Part shown: one piece after another, positions 27,665 through 36,861 of the stretch
Position numbering within the stretch: position 1 is the first letter of the stretch
How the letters are laid out: every line of letters starts with the position of its first letter
DNA from: a virus
Lineage: Duplodnaviria; Caudoviricetes
Direction: 5' to 3' (one strand)
Virus record (IMG/VR): IMGVR_UViG_3300029288_000063
Span: 1-64,000 of that record
DNA: 64,000 bases
The notes under the pieces: model-generated
The model's input: the letters and a program-made list of their open reading frames with translations, nothing else
Told to the model about the DNA's origin: nothing
Database searches by the model: none
Made by a program: the position numbers and the translations under genes

Positions 27665-28523
27665 AGTGATTGGTGTTACAGGTCCAGCCGGTTCGGGGAA
27701 AAGCATGGTTGCCCAATGGTTTTACGAATGGGGCGGTCGTGTGATTGACGCCGACAGTATTGCCCATCAAGCGTTGTCCTTTGAAGAAGTAAAATCCAAA
27801 CTTGTTGAGGTATTTGGTCGTGGGTTGTTGGAAAAAGATATCATTGCCCGTGCCGCGCTGTCTGCCCTCGCGTTTCGCGATGTCGAATCGCTGAAGAAAC
27901 TGACAGATGTTTTGTATCCGGTTATAACACGTGAAGTCAGGAATGAAATTGTAGAACTTAACGCAGAGGGTGAAGAACCGATTGTGTTGGATGCACCAAC
28001 ACTATTTGAATCAGGCATGGAAGGTTTGGTTGATGTCGTTATCTCTGTGGAGTCGCCAGTCGAAATAAGAGAGCAAAGGTGTCGTTTGGAGCGCGGTTGG
28101 GAACCCGGAGAGACGAGGCGTCGTGACCAATTTCGTGTGTCCGAAGAGGAAAGACGAAACCTCAGTGACTTCGTTGTGGAAAATTCACAAGACAGAGAAA
28201 CATTTCGTAAAGAAATGTTTTCACTCTGGAAGAGTTTGTGTGGTAATATAACGATAAGGCAGGTCACACATAAAAAGTGTGTGTGTATGAAGTGCTGGAG
28301 GTTCCATGAGAGGGTGTGGAACGAAGAATGTGTTCGTATGTGGGATGAGGATAGTCGGGTGGCGTGCCCCGTTGATTGCTTTGAGATCATGAAGTTTAAA
28401 GGGAAACCTGTGCGTATGGATAAATCCATGAGGAATATGTTTTCAGCAATTTATGGGGTTCACAGGATTTCAGACGCGGTTCCTGAGTGGTGTCCGTTCC
28501 GTGATGAACACTCAGAAGAATGA
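27654..28523 (+). CDS. coaE: Dephospho-CoA kinase with C-terminal Cys-rich extension
   Basis: IGVTGPAGSGKS, IDADSIAH, R..L...AF, DAPTLFE; extension CMKC...CP...VPEWCPFRDEH. Confidence 0.85.
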   Translation: MSAKVIGVTGPAGSGKSMVAQWFYEWGGRVIDADSIAHQALSFEEVKSKLVEVFGRGLLEKDIIARAALSALAFRDVESLKKLTDVLYPVITREVRNEIVELNAEGEEPIVLDAPTLFESGMEGLVDVVISVESPVEIREQRCRLERGWEPGETRRRDQFRVSEEERRNLSDFVVENSQDRETFRKEMFSLWKSLCGNITIRQVTHKKCVCMKCWRFHERVWNEECVRMWDEDSRVACPVDCFEIMKFKGKPVRMDKSMRNMFSAIYGVHRISDAVPEWCPFRDEHSEE

Positions 28524-28584
28524 ATATATGATGTCGGGATGTTTCGAGCGTTCTTTGATTATCCGACACAGGGCAGGGTTACCT

Positions 28585-28896
28585 ATGAATGTTTGGCTTG
28601 ATGATGTGCGTCAAATGCCGGAAGGTTTTGACGCACATGTGTGTTGTGCGGAAGACGCTATATCGCTTCTGGAGTCTGGTGATGTTAAGTTTATTTCGTT
28701 TGACCACGACTTGGGTGCCGAAAAAACCGGCTACGATGTCGCGTCGTGGATTGAACAAGCTGTTTTTGAAGGGAAGCTGTCAAGGGTGCCTGATTGGAAG
28801 GTGCATTCGGCGAACCCTGTAGGTTCGTTGAATATCCTGATGGCGATGCGCTCGGCGGAACGATTTGTTTTACGGGCTGAGCAGTCAAAAATCTAA
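28585..28896 (+). CDS. Cyclic-phosphate-processing receiver-like domain protein
   Basis: VWLDDVR, ISFDHDLG, TGYDVA.WIE, VHSANPVG. Confidence 0.8.
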   Translation: MNVWLDDVRQMPEGFDAHVCCAEDAISLLESGDVKFISFDHDLGAEKTGYDVASWIEQAVFEGKLSRVPDWKVHSANPVGSLNILMAMRSAERFVLRAEQSKI

Positions 28897-28911
28897 GAAA
28901 GGAGAAACACT

Positions 28912-29100
28912 GTGCCACTTGTTGCGAGTTATCGTTTGGTGTGTGACGGCGTTGAGTGTGGTCGCATTGATATGCTTGGGGAACTCACAAAGTCGCAAGC
29001 AACATCTGAAACGATGAAGCGTGGTTGGCAAACCATGAAGGGTGGTAGTATGCTTTGCCCCACTTGCATCAAGAAACGGAATCCTGTGAAGACGGAATGA
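28912..29100 (+). CDS. Small Zn-binding protein
   Basis: CD...C...GW...LCPTC; aaggag SD. Confidence 0.55.
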   Translation: MPLVASYRLVCDGVECGRIDMLGELTKSQATSETMKRGWQTMKGGSMLCPTCIKKRNPVKTE

Positions 29101-29113
29101 TGTGAGGTTTATT

Positions 29114-29650
29114 ATGAAAGTGTTTTTTACAAGTGATACTCATTTTGGTCACAGCAATATAATCCAGTATTGCAATCGTCCGTTTTGTGATGTTGATGAG
29201 ATGGACGAAACCCTGATAGTGAACTGGAACGCGGTTGTTTCGCCCGGTGATCTTGTTTATCACATGGGTGATTTTGCGTTTGCTAAAACTCCAGACGAAA
29301 TCAATTTCTATCTTGGGTTTCTAAATGGACAAGTTCATCTTGTCAAGGGGAACCATGACCATTCAAAGACGCTCAAGGGTGCAAAGTTCGCGTCCGTGAA
29401 TGACGTGCGTATGGTTAGCGTGAACGATAGGGATATTTTCCTATCACACTACGCCCATCGTGTTTGGTCGAAATCACATTACGGCACATGGCACTTGTAC
29501 GGACATAGCCACGGGACACTGCCGGATGACCCATGTAGTTTGTCGTGTGATGTTGGTGTTGACGTGCGCAATATGCGCCCGGTGAGCTTTGAAGAGGTCG
29601 AGGCGTTGATGTCCGCGAAGGCGTTTGTGCCGCAAGACCATCACGACTGA
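29114..29650 (+). CDS. Calcineurin-like metallophosphoesterase
   Basis: FTSDTHFGH, WN..V, HMGD, GNHD, YGHSH, DVGVD. Confidence 0.9.
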   Translation: MKVFFTSDTHFGHSNIIQYCNRPFCDVDEMDETLIVNWNAVVSPGDLVYHMGDFAFAKTPDEINFYLGFLNGQVHLVKGNHDHSKTLKGAKFASVNDVRMVSVNDRDIFLSHYAHRVWSKSHYGTWHLYGHSHGTLPDDPCSLSCDVGVDVRNMRPVSFEEVEALMSAKAFVPQDHHD

Positions 29651-29663
29651 ATGGGGTGTCGCC

Positions 29664-30017
29664 ATGAGTTCTGCCAAGAATGAGAAGTTGGCGATTCATG
29701 ACAGGATTTGTGAGTGTTGTGTTGCGTCGTGTGGTGTCCTGCATAAGTGTGGTCCGTCGTACAATATTGAAACGAAGCAGTGGACTTTGGTCACGTTCGA
29801 GCTTGTTTCGTGCCCGCTATGGTGTACTGATAAGGCTGTGCATCGGTGGAAGAAGAGGCAGAGGAGGTTTCCTTTTGTGCTAACGAAGGGACAGATACCA
29901 CCGCAATGTGTGTTTTTCCTTGAACATTTTATGGTCGAAGACGATGTTGTGGTGTTAGAGTCAGTACGTATGTCTGAACAAATCTCGAATGGAGGTTCCC
30001 ATGAGTGCCTTGATTGA
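29664..30017 (+). CDS. Small Cys-rich protein, PxxC..xE family variant
   Basis: CECC...SCP...IPPQCVFFLEHFM. Confidence 0.5.
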   Translation: MSSAKNEKLAIHDRICECCVASCGVLHKCGPSYNIETKQWTLVTFELVSCPLWCTDKAVHRWKKRQRRFPFVLTKGQIPPQCVFFLEHFMVEDDVVVLESVRMSEQISNGGSHECLD

Positions 30018-31437
30018 TTTGGAAAAAATGATTGGTGATGCAGAAAAGAGAGACAATGATGAAACGCTGAAGAGAAAAATCTTGAAAGCAATAAAAGATG
30101 TCTCGGAGGCAAAATCAAAAGTCGAACTTGCGGCAAAGTCGTTGGCGGAAGCCAAACAGAAATACGGCAATCCCGATGAGATCAAGGCAGAGCGTCTCGA
30201 CAAGCTTGAAGAATTTCGAGAAAAAGCCAGAAAACTTGCAGAACATTTAGGTGATAAAAAAATGGTCGAGGAAAAACTTCGACTTGCAGACTTGGAGATC
30301 GAACAACAATGGCAAGAAGGAACTAATGCTCTTTTGCGGCTGACATCATCTCACGAATCAGCAAAAGCAGAACTATCAGAAGCACTAGGGCAATGTGATG
30401 AATTGCGTCGTATGTCTGGAGTGTCTGATCTGGAGGGTTTTACTGCTGTTTCTGAACTTCCGGCGTCAACGTCAGAAATTTTGGAAGAAGTGTCTCGGGA
30501 CTTATCCCTTTTGGTGGACTGTGCGGCTTCATGGTCGTCAAAAGAACGCCTTGCCATGATAAAGATTGTTTCCGGTCGTTGTCGGATCGTCAGTGAACAA
30601 AGGTTGCTGTCCAGTGATGAAAAGAGGATGGTTGGCAGTATTTTCGGCACGCTATCAGATCTGACTTCAAAGTATCGTCCGGGTTATATCGCCGCTATGG
30701 ACAGGAGTGCGACGAGAGATTGGGATTCCTATGTTGAGGATGCCAAATTTGAGTTTTCAGAGGCGGTTACAGTGCGTGAAGCCATTGAGTTTGAAAAAAT
30801 GGAACGGCGTGCGATAGCGGCAGAATCGCGTCGGAAAGATGTTATGCGGAAAGCGGAATCCGTAATATCTGTCTTGCGTGATTTGTTGCAGTGTGAGCGT
30901 TCGGATGAAAACAAAGAATGGATTCGTGATACTGTTCGGGTTTTACTGAAAGAAATAGGTATGGAACCCGACAACGAAGAACTTCTTGAACTTTTGTATG
31001 GCGAGGAAGAGTTGTTCAAGGAGGGAAATGTTTTTCGAGCATTACGTCGTCATTTGACTAAGAATAACGAAAGCGTCAAGCGGTCTGATGTTGCCCGTCT
31101 TTTTCCAAAAGCCTATGCGGCGCTTAAGGGTAAGAAGGTGATTATGGTCGGTGGTGTTGCGAGAGAAGATCGGCGTTCTAAGATTGAGAGCGTGTTCGAG
31201 ATGGGCTACCTTGAGTGGGTAAGTGGTTGGCGCAATGAGCCTCGTACCCTCGAAGCGACCGCCCAAAAGGCAAAATCCGGAACTGTCGATTTCGTTTTCG
31301 AGTTGGCGAGTCTGTGTGGTCACAATGTTGAAGAGATTCTGAAGTCTGCTTGTCAGGGTTCGACTTGTCGGTTTGTACGTATCCCGCAGGGGTATGGCGT
31401 GAATCGTATCGCTCAGATGGTTGAACAGGTTGTGTGA
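30001..31437 (+). CDS. Coiled-coil protein with C-terminal DUF2325-like domain
   Basis: Long helical N-terminus; KKVIMVGG...DFVF......GH...GYGVNRI. Confidence 0.6.
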   Translation: MSALIDLEKMIGDAEKRDNDETLKRKILKAIKDVSEAKSKVELAAKSLAEAKQKYGNPDEIKAERLDKLEEFREKARKLAEHLGDKKMVEEKLRLADLEIEQQWQEGTNALLRLTSSHESAKAELSEALGQCDELRRMSGVSDLEGFTAVSELPASTSEILEEVSRDLSLLVDCAASWSSKERLAMIKIVSGRCRIVSEQRLLSSDEKRMVGSIFGTLSDLTSKYRPGYIAAMDRSATRDWDSYVEDAKFEFSEAVTVREAIEFEKMERRAIAAESRRKDVMRKAESVISVLRDLLQCERSDENKEWIRDTVRVLLKEIGMEPDNEELLELLYGEEELFKEGNVFRALRRHLTKNNESVKRSDVARLFPKAYAALKGKKVIMVGGVAREDRRSKIESVFEMGYLEWVSGWRNEPRTLEATAQKAKSGTVDFVFELASLCGHNVEEILKSACQGSTCRFVRIPQGYGVNRIAQMVEQVV

Positions 31438-31554
31438 TGGTGCCTTGGATTCGTTACGCGATTGCGTTATAGCCGAGGTAAGTGTTGGCTTCGAGGGTGT
31501 GGTCTTTGTTATGGCGAACAAGAAAAAGGTGCTTTCTGTTTTAGGGGTAAGGTC

Positions 31555-32040
31555 ATGAAGATTCGTTTGGGGTTTGTGTCCAATTCCAGCTCGTCGTCCT
31601 TTGTTGTCGCGTTGGACAAGAAGCCTTCGTCCATTGAAGAGCTTCGTGGTATGCTTTTTGTTGAAGGTGAAGAGCGGTTGAATCACCCGTATGACCGCTG
31701 TGTGTCGTTTGATGTTGACGACGTTGTTAGTGCTGTCTTTGCGTTCACCCATAAGGCTGCCAAGCGGAAGGACGTCGTCGATGCGATTGCATGTGGGTGG
31801 TTCGATGGCCACCCCGACATGTCGGATTTCCGCAAGGCAGACAAGACGTATGATTGGGATGCCTACGAGAAGGAAAAGGACAGGCGTGCCCTGAAGATTG
31901 CCAAGGAATTTATGGCGAGGAACAAGGGTAAGGTGTTTTTCACGATGTGTTTTGGTGACGAGGATGGTCTGTTTGGTTGCACGATGGAACATGGTGACGT
32001 GTTTCGGCTGGTTAAGCACCTTCGGATTAGCTGTCATTGA
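31555..32040 (+). CDS. FVSNSSS-motif protein 1
   Basis: N-terminus MKIRLGFVSNSSSSSFVV. Confidence 0.8.
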   Translation: MKIRLGFVSNSSSSSFVVALDKKPSSIEELRGMLFVEGEERLNHPYDRCVSFDVDDVVSAVFAFTHKAAKRKDVVDAIACGWFDGHPDMSDFRKADKTYDWDAYEKEKDRRALKIAKEFMARNKGKVFFTMCFGDEDGLFGCTMEHGDVFRLVKHLRISCH

Positions 32041-32081
32041 TTTTTTCTGGCAGGGCAATTATGCCCGTAAGGAGGTTGTTG

Positions 32082-32582
32082 ATGAGCGGCGATGTGTCCT
32101 TCTCAACGAAGGTGATTGACGGCGTACGGATTTGTGACGCGTCGGATGGCTCGTTTCACTATCGGTTTGACATCAAGAACGGCAACTTCATGCGTTGGGG
32201 CAAGACTCCGGCGGAAGACCCGGTGTGGTGTCCGGCGGGACCGGAAATCCTCGACCTCGAAATCAGTGTGAACGGATGTCCGAATAACTGCCGCTTCTGT
32301 TTGCCAGCGGGAGTTCCTGTGAATACTCCGTCTGGACTTGTGAATATTGAAGACCTACGAGTTGGAGACAAGGTTTTTGGATTCAACTTTGCAACAAGTT
32401 CTGTTCGTGAAGAAGTGGTAGAGCAGATTCACAATCGAGAATACGAAGGTCTTATGGTTGTTGTTGAGTTAGAAGATGGTCGTATTGTTGAGATGACAGA
32501 AGATCACATGGTTATGCTTGCTAGTGGCAATGAAGTTCGTGCTGGTGATTTGACTCCGGATGATGATGTTGTTCTTATGTAA
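32082..32582 (+). CDS. Radical SAM N-terminal fragment fused to split intein N-half (intein from 32298)
   Basis: PEILDLEIS..GCPNNCRF|CLPAG..V.T..G...IEDL.VGD.V...T.DH; stop after 94 aa of intein. Confidence 0.9.
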   Translation: MSGDVSFSTKVIDGVRICDASDGSFHYRFDIKNGNFMRWGKTPAEDPVWCPAGPEILDLEISVNGCPNNCRFCLPAGVPVNTPSGLVNIEDLRVGDKVFGFNFATSSVREEVVEQIHNREYEGLMVVVELEDGRIVEMTEDHMVMLASGNEVRAGDLTPDDDVVLM

Positions 32583-32645
32583 ATTTTATATCCTGTTTAA
32601 CATGGAGGTTGTTATAAGTCCATGTGTAAACTAAAGGAGAATAAA

Positions 32646-33614
32646 ATGTACATAGGTGTCGGAGAAGCTGCCAAGATATTGGGTAAATCCACCGATTTGG
32701 TTCGGTGGCTTGAAAAAACGGGGAAAATCAAATCTGTTCGTGTTGGAAAAAAGAACAACAGAAGGTTTCTTCTTTCTGATATTCAATCTCTTGCTCTTGA
32801 AAGAGCAAGCCCCGAATATGTAAAGCAAACGCTTCTTTGCCCCAATTGTAAAAACTTTGTTGCTGTCAAAATGGTAAAGAAGCGTCCAAATATAATGTTG
32901 GAAAGGATTGGTTCTAAACGGTGCCATGACTGCATCGAGAAACAAAAAAAGAACAACTCTTTAAGAATGTCCCGGATGAACCCAATGAAGCAAGAAGGGG
33001 TTGCTGAAAAGGTTAGCTCTACTCTAAAGAAAAAATATTCGGAAGGTGTTATTGCCGTTTGTCATTCCACTGAGACAAAAGAGAAGATAAAAGATGGTAT
33101 AAATGCATTTTGGAATTCTGAAAAAGCAGAATCGGTAAAAATTAGATTTTTTGAAAGAATGTCTCAGAACAATCCTATGTCTATCCGTTCGATTGTTGAA
33201 AAGGTTCATTCTAAGTTAAAGGCAATGAGGGATAAAGGTGAATTTGTAACTCCAAAAGGAATAAATCACTGGCTATGGAAAGGAAATCGTGGATTTTATT
33301 CTTTTGTTCGTTCGCAGCTTTATCGCCCGTGGTCTCTTGAGGTGTTGAAGCGAGATGGGTTTTGTTGTTCGTCTTGTGGTAAAACACAATGCGAACTACA
33401 TGTTCATCATGTAAGGCCGTTTCGTGATATTGTTAAGAAAGTATTGTTTGAAGAAAAGATAGATGCCAAAAATCTTGAAAAATTAAAAGATATTTGGCAG
33501 GATCTCTCCGATAAGGTATTGAGAGAACATAAGCTAGAAGACGGGGTTTCTGTTTGTGTTTATTGTCATGGGAAAATAGATTCCCGATACAGGAGATATA
33601 AAGGTGAAGATTAA
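32646..33614 (+). mobile_element. Free-standing HNH homing endonuclease with N-terminal MerR-like HTH, inserted between the split intein halves
   Basis: GEAAKILG....VR..E..GKI...R; HSTETKEKI; RDG.CC..CG....LHVHH...VC..CH; lower GC than flanks. Confidence 0.85.
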
Positions 33615-34575
33615 GCATATCGTTAAGACACCATTCAAGGGGACTGTTTACGATATTGGTTGTAGTCCAGACCATGTTTTTTTTGCGAATGGTCTTCTTG
33701 TCCATAATTGCTACAAGGGGAACACGAATGCCCCGGCTGAGAACATGACGTTTGAAACGTTCAAGGCAATCTTCGACAAGATGCCGAAGACGCTGACGCA
33801 GATTGCGTTCGGCATTACTGGCATTCAGACGAATCCGGACTTTTTCAGGATGATGGAGTATTGCCGCGAACACGACGTGGTTCCGAACTTCACCATGTCA
33901 GGTATCGACCTTACCCCGGAGATTGCAGACCGCGTGGCGTCGCTTGCCGGTGCGGTTGCGGTGTCTGTATATCAGACTGACAAGAACGTTGGCTACGACG
34001 CCATCAAAATGCTGACAGACCGTGGCATGGAACAGGTCAACATTCACCTGATGGTGAGCGAGGAGACTTTTTCTTTCGTCAAAGAGGTTGTTGTTGACCG
34101 TATGTCCGACAAGCGTCTTGAGAAGATGCGGGCGATTGTGTTCCTTGGTGTAAAGCCGAAGGGTCGTGCACGTGGCTCCTATTCGCCGCTTGGTCGTGAT
34201 AAGTTTTCGACGCTGGTTAAGTTCTGTCTTGGTGCCAATGTGCCGATTGGTTTTGATTCGTGCAGTGCACCGAAGTTTGAGAGCTTTCTTGATGGGTCGA
34301 ACATGAACCCGGCGCTTAAGGAGCAGCTCCGTATGGTTGCGGAAAGCTGCGAGTCGACTCTGTTCAGTAGCTATGTTAACCAGAAGGGTGACTTCTATCC
34401 CTGCTCGTTCTGTGAGGGTGAGGGTGAGTGGGAGAACGGTGTTTCTGTGTTGGATGCGGAAGATTTCGGTGACGTGTGGCTTCACCCGCGTGTTGTGGCG
34501 TGGCGTGAGCGGTTGGTTGATTCGTCGTGTAATGGTTGCCGCAAATGTATTGTTTTTCCAGAGATTAACGTCTGA
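33604..34575 (+). CDS. Split intein C-half (33604-33708) fused to radical SAM core and SPASM-like C-terminus
   Basis: KIKHIVK.....VYDI.....H.FFANGLLVHN|CYKGN; CES..FS.YVN..G.FYPCSFCE; CRKC. Confidence 0.9.
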   Translation: MKIKHIVKTPFKGTVYDIGCSPDHVFFANGLLVHNCYKGNTNAPAENMTFETFKAIFDKMPKTLTQIAFGITGIQTNPDFFRMMEYCREHDVVPNFTMSGIDLTPEIADRVASLAGAVAVSVYQTDKNVGYDAIKMLTDRGMEQVNIHLMVSEETFSFVKEVVVDRMSDKRLEKMRAIVFLGVKPKGRARGSYSPLGRDKFSTLVKFCLGANVPIGFDSCSAPKFESFLDGSNMNPALKEQLRMVAESCESTLFSSYVNQKGDFYPCSFCEGEGEWENGVSVLDAEDFGDVWLHPRVVAWRERLVDSSCNGCRKCIVFPEINV

Positions 34576-34589
34576 GTGGAGATTCAAAA

Positions 34590-35582
34590 GTGTTGACGCT
34601 TCTTGACTGTTTTTGCGGTGCCGGGATTGGTGCCGTTGGTGCAAAGGCTGCTGGCTTTCAAACCGTGTTTGCCTTTGATAACGACCCTGTTTCCGTTCGT
34701 GTGTTCAATAAAAACAACAACCCAGTTGCTTCCGTTTTGGATGCGAGGAAGTTGGATATTGCAAAGGACTTGCCGTCAACGGATGGGATTATGGCAGGCT
34801 TCCCGTGTAACTCCTTCTCGACAAGCGGTAAGCGGCTCGGAGTGAACGACTCCAAGTATGGAAAGCTTGGGTATATTATGCTGGACATTATCAGCCAGAA
34901 GTCACCGAAGTTCTTCCTCCTTGAAAACGTGAAGGGGCTGGCTTCAAGCTCGCACAAGGAATTCTTCGACGAACTCAAAAAGAAGCTCGTTGGGTTCGGT
35001 TACAACGTATATGCGGGGCTTCTGAACGCGGCAGACTATGGGGTTCCGCAGAAGCGCGAGCGTGTTTTCATTGTCGGTATCAAACCTGACTTGGATAAGG
35101 GCTTTGAGTTTCCCAAGAAAGCTCCCAACAAGGTCTCAATCCGTCAAGCGTTGGCTGGGTTGCCGTGCACGCCAGATGGGGTTAATAACCATTATGGGTT
35201 CGAACTCAGAAACGACGAGAAGCCGTTCGCCCACAAGATTCCTGACGGCGGCAACTGGAAAGACCTTCCTGAAGCTGACCAAAAGGCGTTCATGAAGAAG
35301 TCGTTCTTTTCGTCTGGCGGGAAGACAACGTATTTGCGAAAGGTCGACCCCGAAGAGCCAGCGTTCACAGTGATGGCTCACGTTATGGGGAAACACAGCG
35401 TTCAGTTGTATGGAAACAGAAGGTTCACCATCCGCGAGAGTTTGCGGATTCAGACCGCGCCGGATTGGTTTTCGTTCGATGACGACATTCCGGTTCAGAA
35501 GCAGTATGCTTGCTGCGGTGGTGGGATTCCTTCGCTTTTGGCGAGGCAAATTTTTGAATGCATTCGTCTTGCGTTAAAATGA
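34590..35582 (+). CDS. dcm: DNA (cytosine-5) methyltransferase
   Basis: FCGAG, GFPCNSFS, ENVKG, YGVPQKRERVFIVG, R..TIRE..RIQ. Confidence 0.9.
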   Translation: MLTLLDCFCGAGIGAVGAKAAGFQTVFAFDNDPVSVRVFNKNNNPVASVLDARKLDIAKDLPSTDGIMAGFPCNSFSTSGKRLGVNDSKYGKLGYIMLDIISQKSPKFFLLENVKGLASSSHKEFFDELKKKLVGFGYNVYAGLLNAADYGVPQKRERVFIVGIKPDLDKGFEFPKKAPNKVSIRQALAGLPCTPDGVNNHYGFELRNDEKPFAHKIPDGGNWKDLPEADQKAFMKKSFFSSGGKTTYLRKVDPEEPAFTVMAHVMGKHSVQLYGNRRFTIRESLRIQTAPDWFSFDDDIPVQKQYACCGGGIPSLLARQIFECIRLALK

Positions 35583-35649
35583 GGAGCGGTTTAAGTAGTA
35601 TAATTCGTCAAATGATACTTGTTTTTTATGGATGAGTGGAGGAACTTTC

Positions 35650-36039
35650 ATGAAGGTTCGTTTTGGATTTGTGAGTAACAGCTCAAGTACGAGTTTCTGC
35701 ATCGTTGGTATAGGAGACGATATCTCCGTCAAGGACATTTTCAAACATGTCGTCGAGAAGGAGAACATTCCACTCGAAGAAGCCTACGACATGTTTGGTT
35801 GTGGTACTGAGGAAATTGGTGGTTTGGTTTTCACAGGTCACCCGGCGTACGACTGCACCTCTTGGGAGGATTTTCTTGCAAACTCCGACCTCGACTATGT
35901 TGGGGTTGATGCTGAAAAAATCCTCGAATCCGCCTCCATCTCCCAAGCACGCCAGAAGGTTCGCGCCATCTTTGCGGAAATTGGTGTTGACGTGCCCGAG
36001 AAGAGCATTGGTCTCCACTACGGCGAGGCGTCAAACTAA
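35650..36039 (+). CDS. FVSNSSS-motif protein 2
   Basis: MKVRFGFVSNSSSTSFCIVG. Confidence 0.8.
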   Translation: MKVRFGFVSNSSSTSFCIVGIGDDISVKDIFKHVVEKENIPLEEAYDMFGCGTEEIGGLVFTGHPAYDCTSWEDFLANSDLDYVGVDAEKILESASISQARQKVRAIFAEIGVDVPEKSIGLHYGEASN

Positions 36040-36221
36040 TGAAAAGAATTAAGTGTACTTGGTGCGGGAAAGCGGTGTCGTCACCGGTGCCTGATGATGT
36101 GGTGATTCGGGCTGTCATTGAATGCCCGGAGTGTGTCCTGAAGCGGAAAGCGAATAATCCGCCGGGCGATATCAACGAAAGGAAGGATGATGAAGGTTCG
36201 TCAGGGTTTTGTAAGCAATAG
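36039..36221 (+). CDS. Small Zn-finger protein
   Basis: CTWC...ECPEC. Confidence 0.55.
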   Translation: MKRIKCTWCGKAVSSPVPDDVVIRAVIECPECVLKRKANNPPGDINERKDDEGSSGFCKQ

Positions 36222-36570
36222 CTCGTCAACGTCGTTTCTGATTGGAACGACGGAGCCGATTTCGTTTGAGTTTCTATGTCGTGTGATGCGCGTCGAGGAG
36301 AGTCCTGCCAAAAAGATTCTGGAGTCTCTCGCCCGATATGTTTCCAAACACGTGAAGCAGCTTGACGCGAAGAAGTGGTGTGATGACCATTACTCGGAAT
36401 CGGTCCCGCCGGTGTTCACACGGATGGCTGCGGGTTTTCCGAACCTCTATTCCCTTAGCGTGTCAAATTGTGATGATGGTGAGGGCAATTTCCTGTATGA
36501 AGTTTTTCAGGAAGAGGTGGACGTTATCAAGTCGGCGGAAATCGAGATGTCGATGCCGTATGGGGATTGA
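36187..36570 (+). CDS. FVSNSSS-motif protein 3
   Basis: MKVRQGFVSNSSSTSFLIG. Confidence 0.8.
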   Translation: MMKVRQGFVSNSSSTSFLIGTTEPISFEFLCRVMRVEESPAKKILESLARYVSKHVKQLDAKKWCDDHYSESVPPVFTRMAAGFPNLYSLSVSNCDDGEGNFLYEVFQEEVDVIKSAEIEMSMPYGD

Positions 36571-36573
36571 ATT

Positions 36574-36861
36574 ATGAAGGCTCGTTTTGGGTTTGTGTCC
36601 AACAGCTCGTCGTGCTCGTTCGTCTTGGATGTCTCCGGGCTTCGGAAAAGCCAGAAGAACAAGATTCTCCACCACGAGGAGTTTGCAGAAAACATAGGCT
36701 GGGATGGCGCGTGTCGTGGTTGGGGGTGGGAAATCAAAGAGGATGGCGACAAGTGGTTTTGCAATACCTCGCTTGACAATTTCGATCTTGTTCGGTGGAT
36801 TGTCGAGGTTGTTGGTTTGTCGCCTGACCGCATGTCTGACATGCAGGAAGGACATTGGTAA
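36574..36861 (+). CDS. FVSNSSS-motif protein 4
   Basis: MKARFGFVSNSSSCSFVLD. Confidence 0.8.
   Translation: MKARFGFVSNSSSCSFVLDVSGLRKSQKNKILHHEEFAENIGWDGACRGWGWEIKEDGDKWFCNTSLDNFDLVRWIVEVVGLSPDRMSDMQEGHW

Noticed and set aside
32583-33603. Group I intron or IS607 element interrupting the radical SAM gene
   Set aside because: Flanks are clear intein N and C blocks, the downstream half has its own start codon, and there is almost no non-coding room for a ribozyme; the HTH is fused to HNH rather than a serine recombinase
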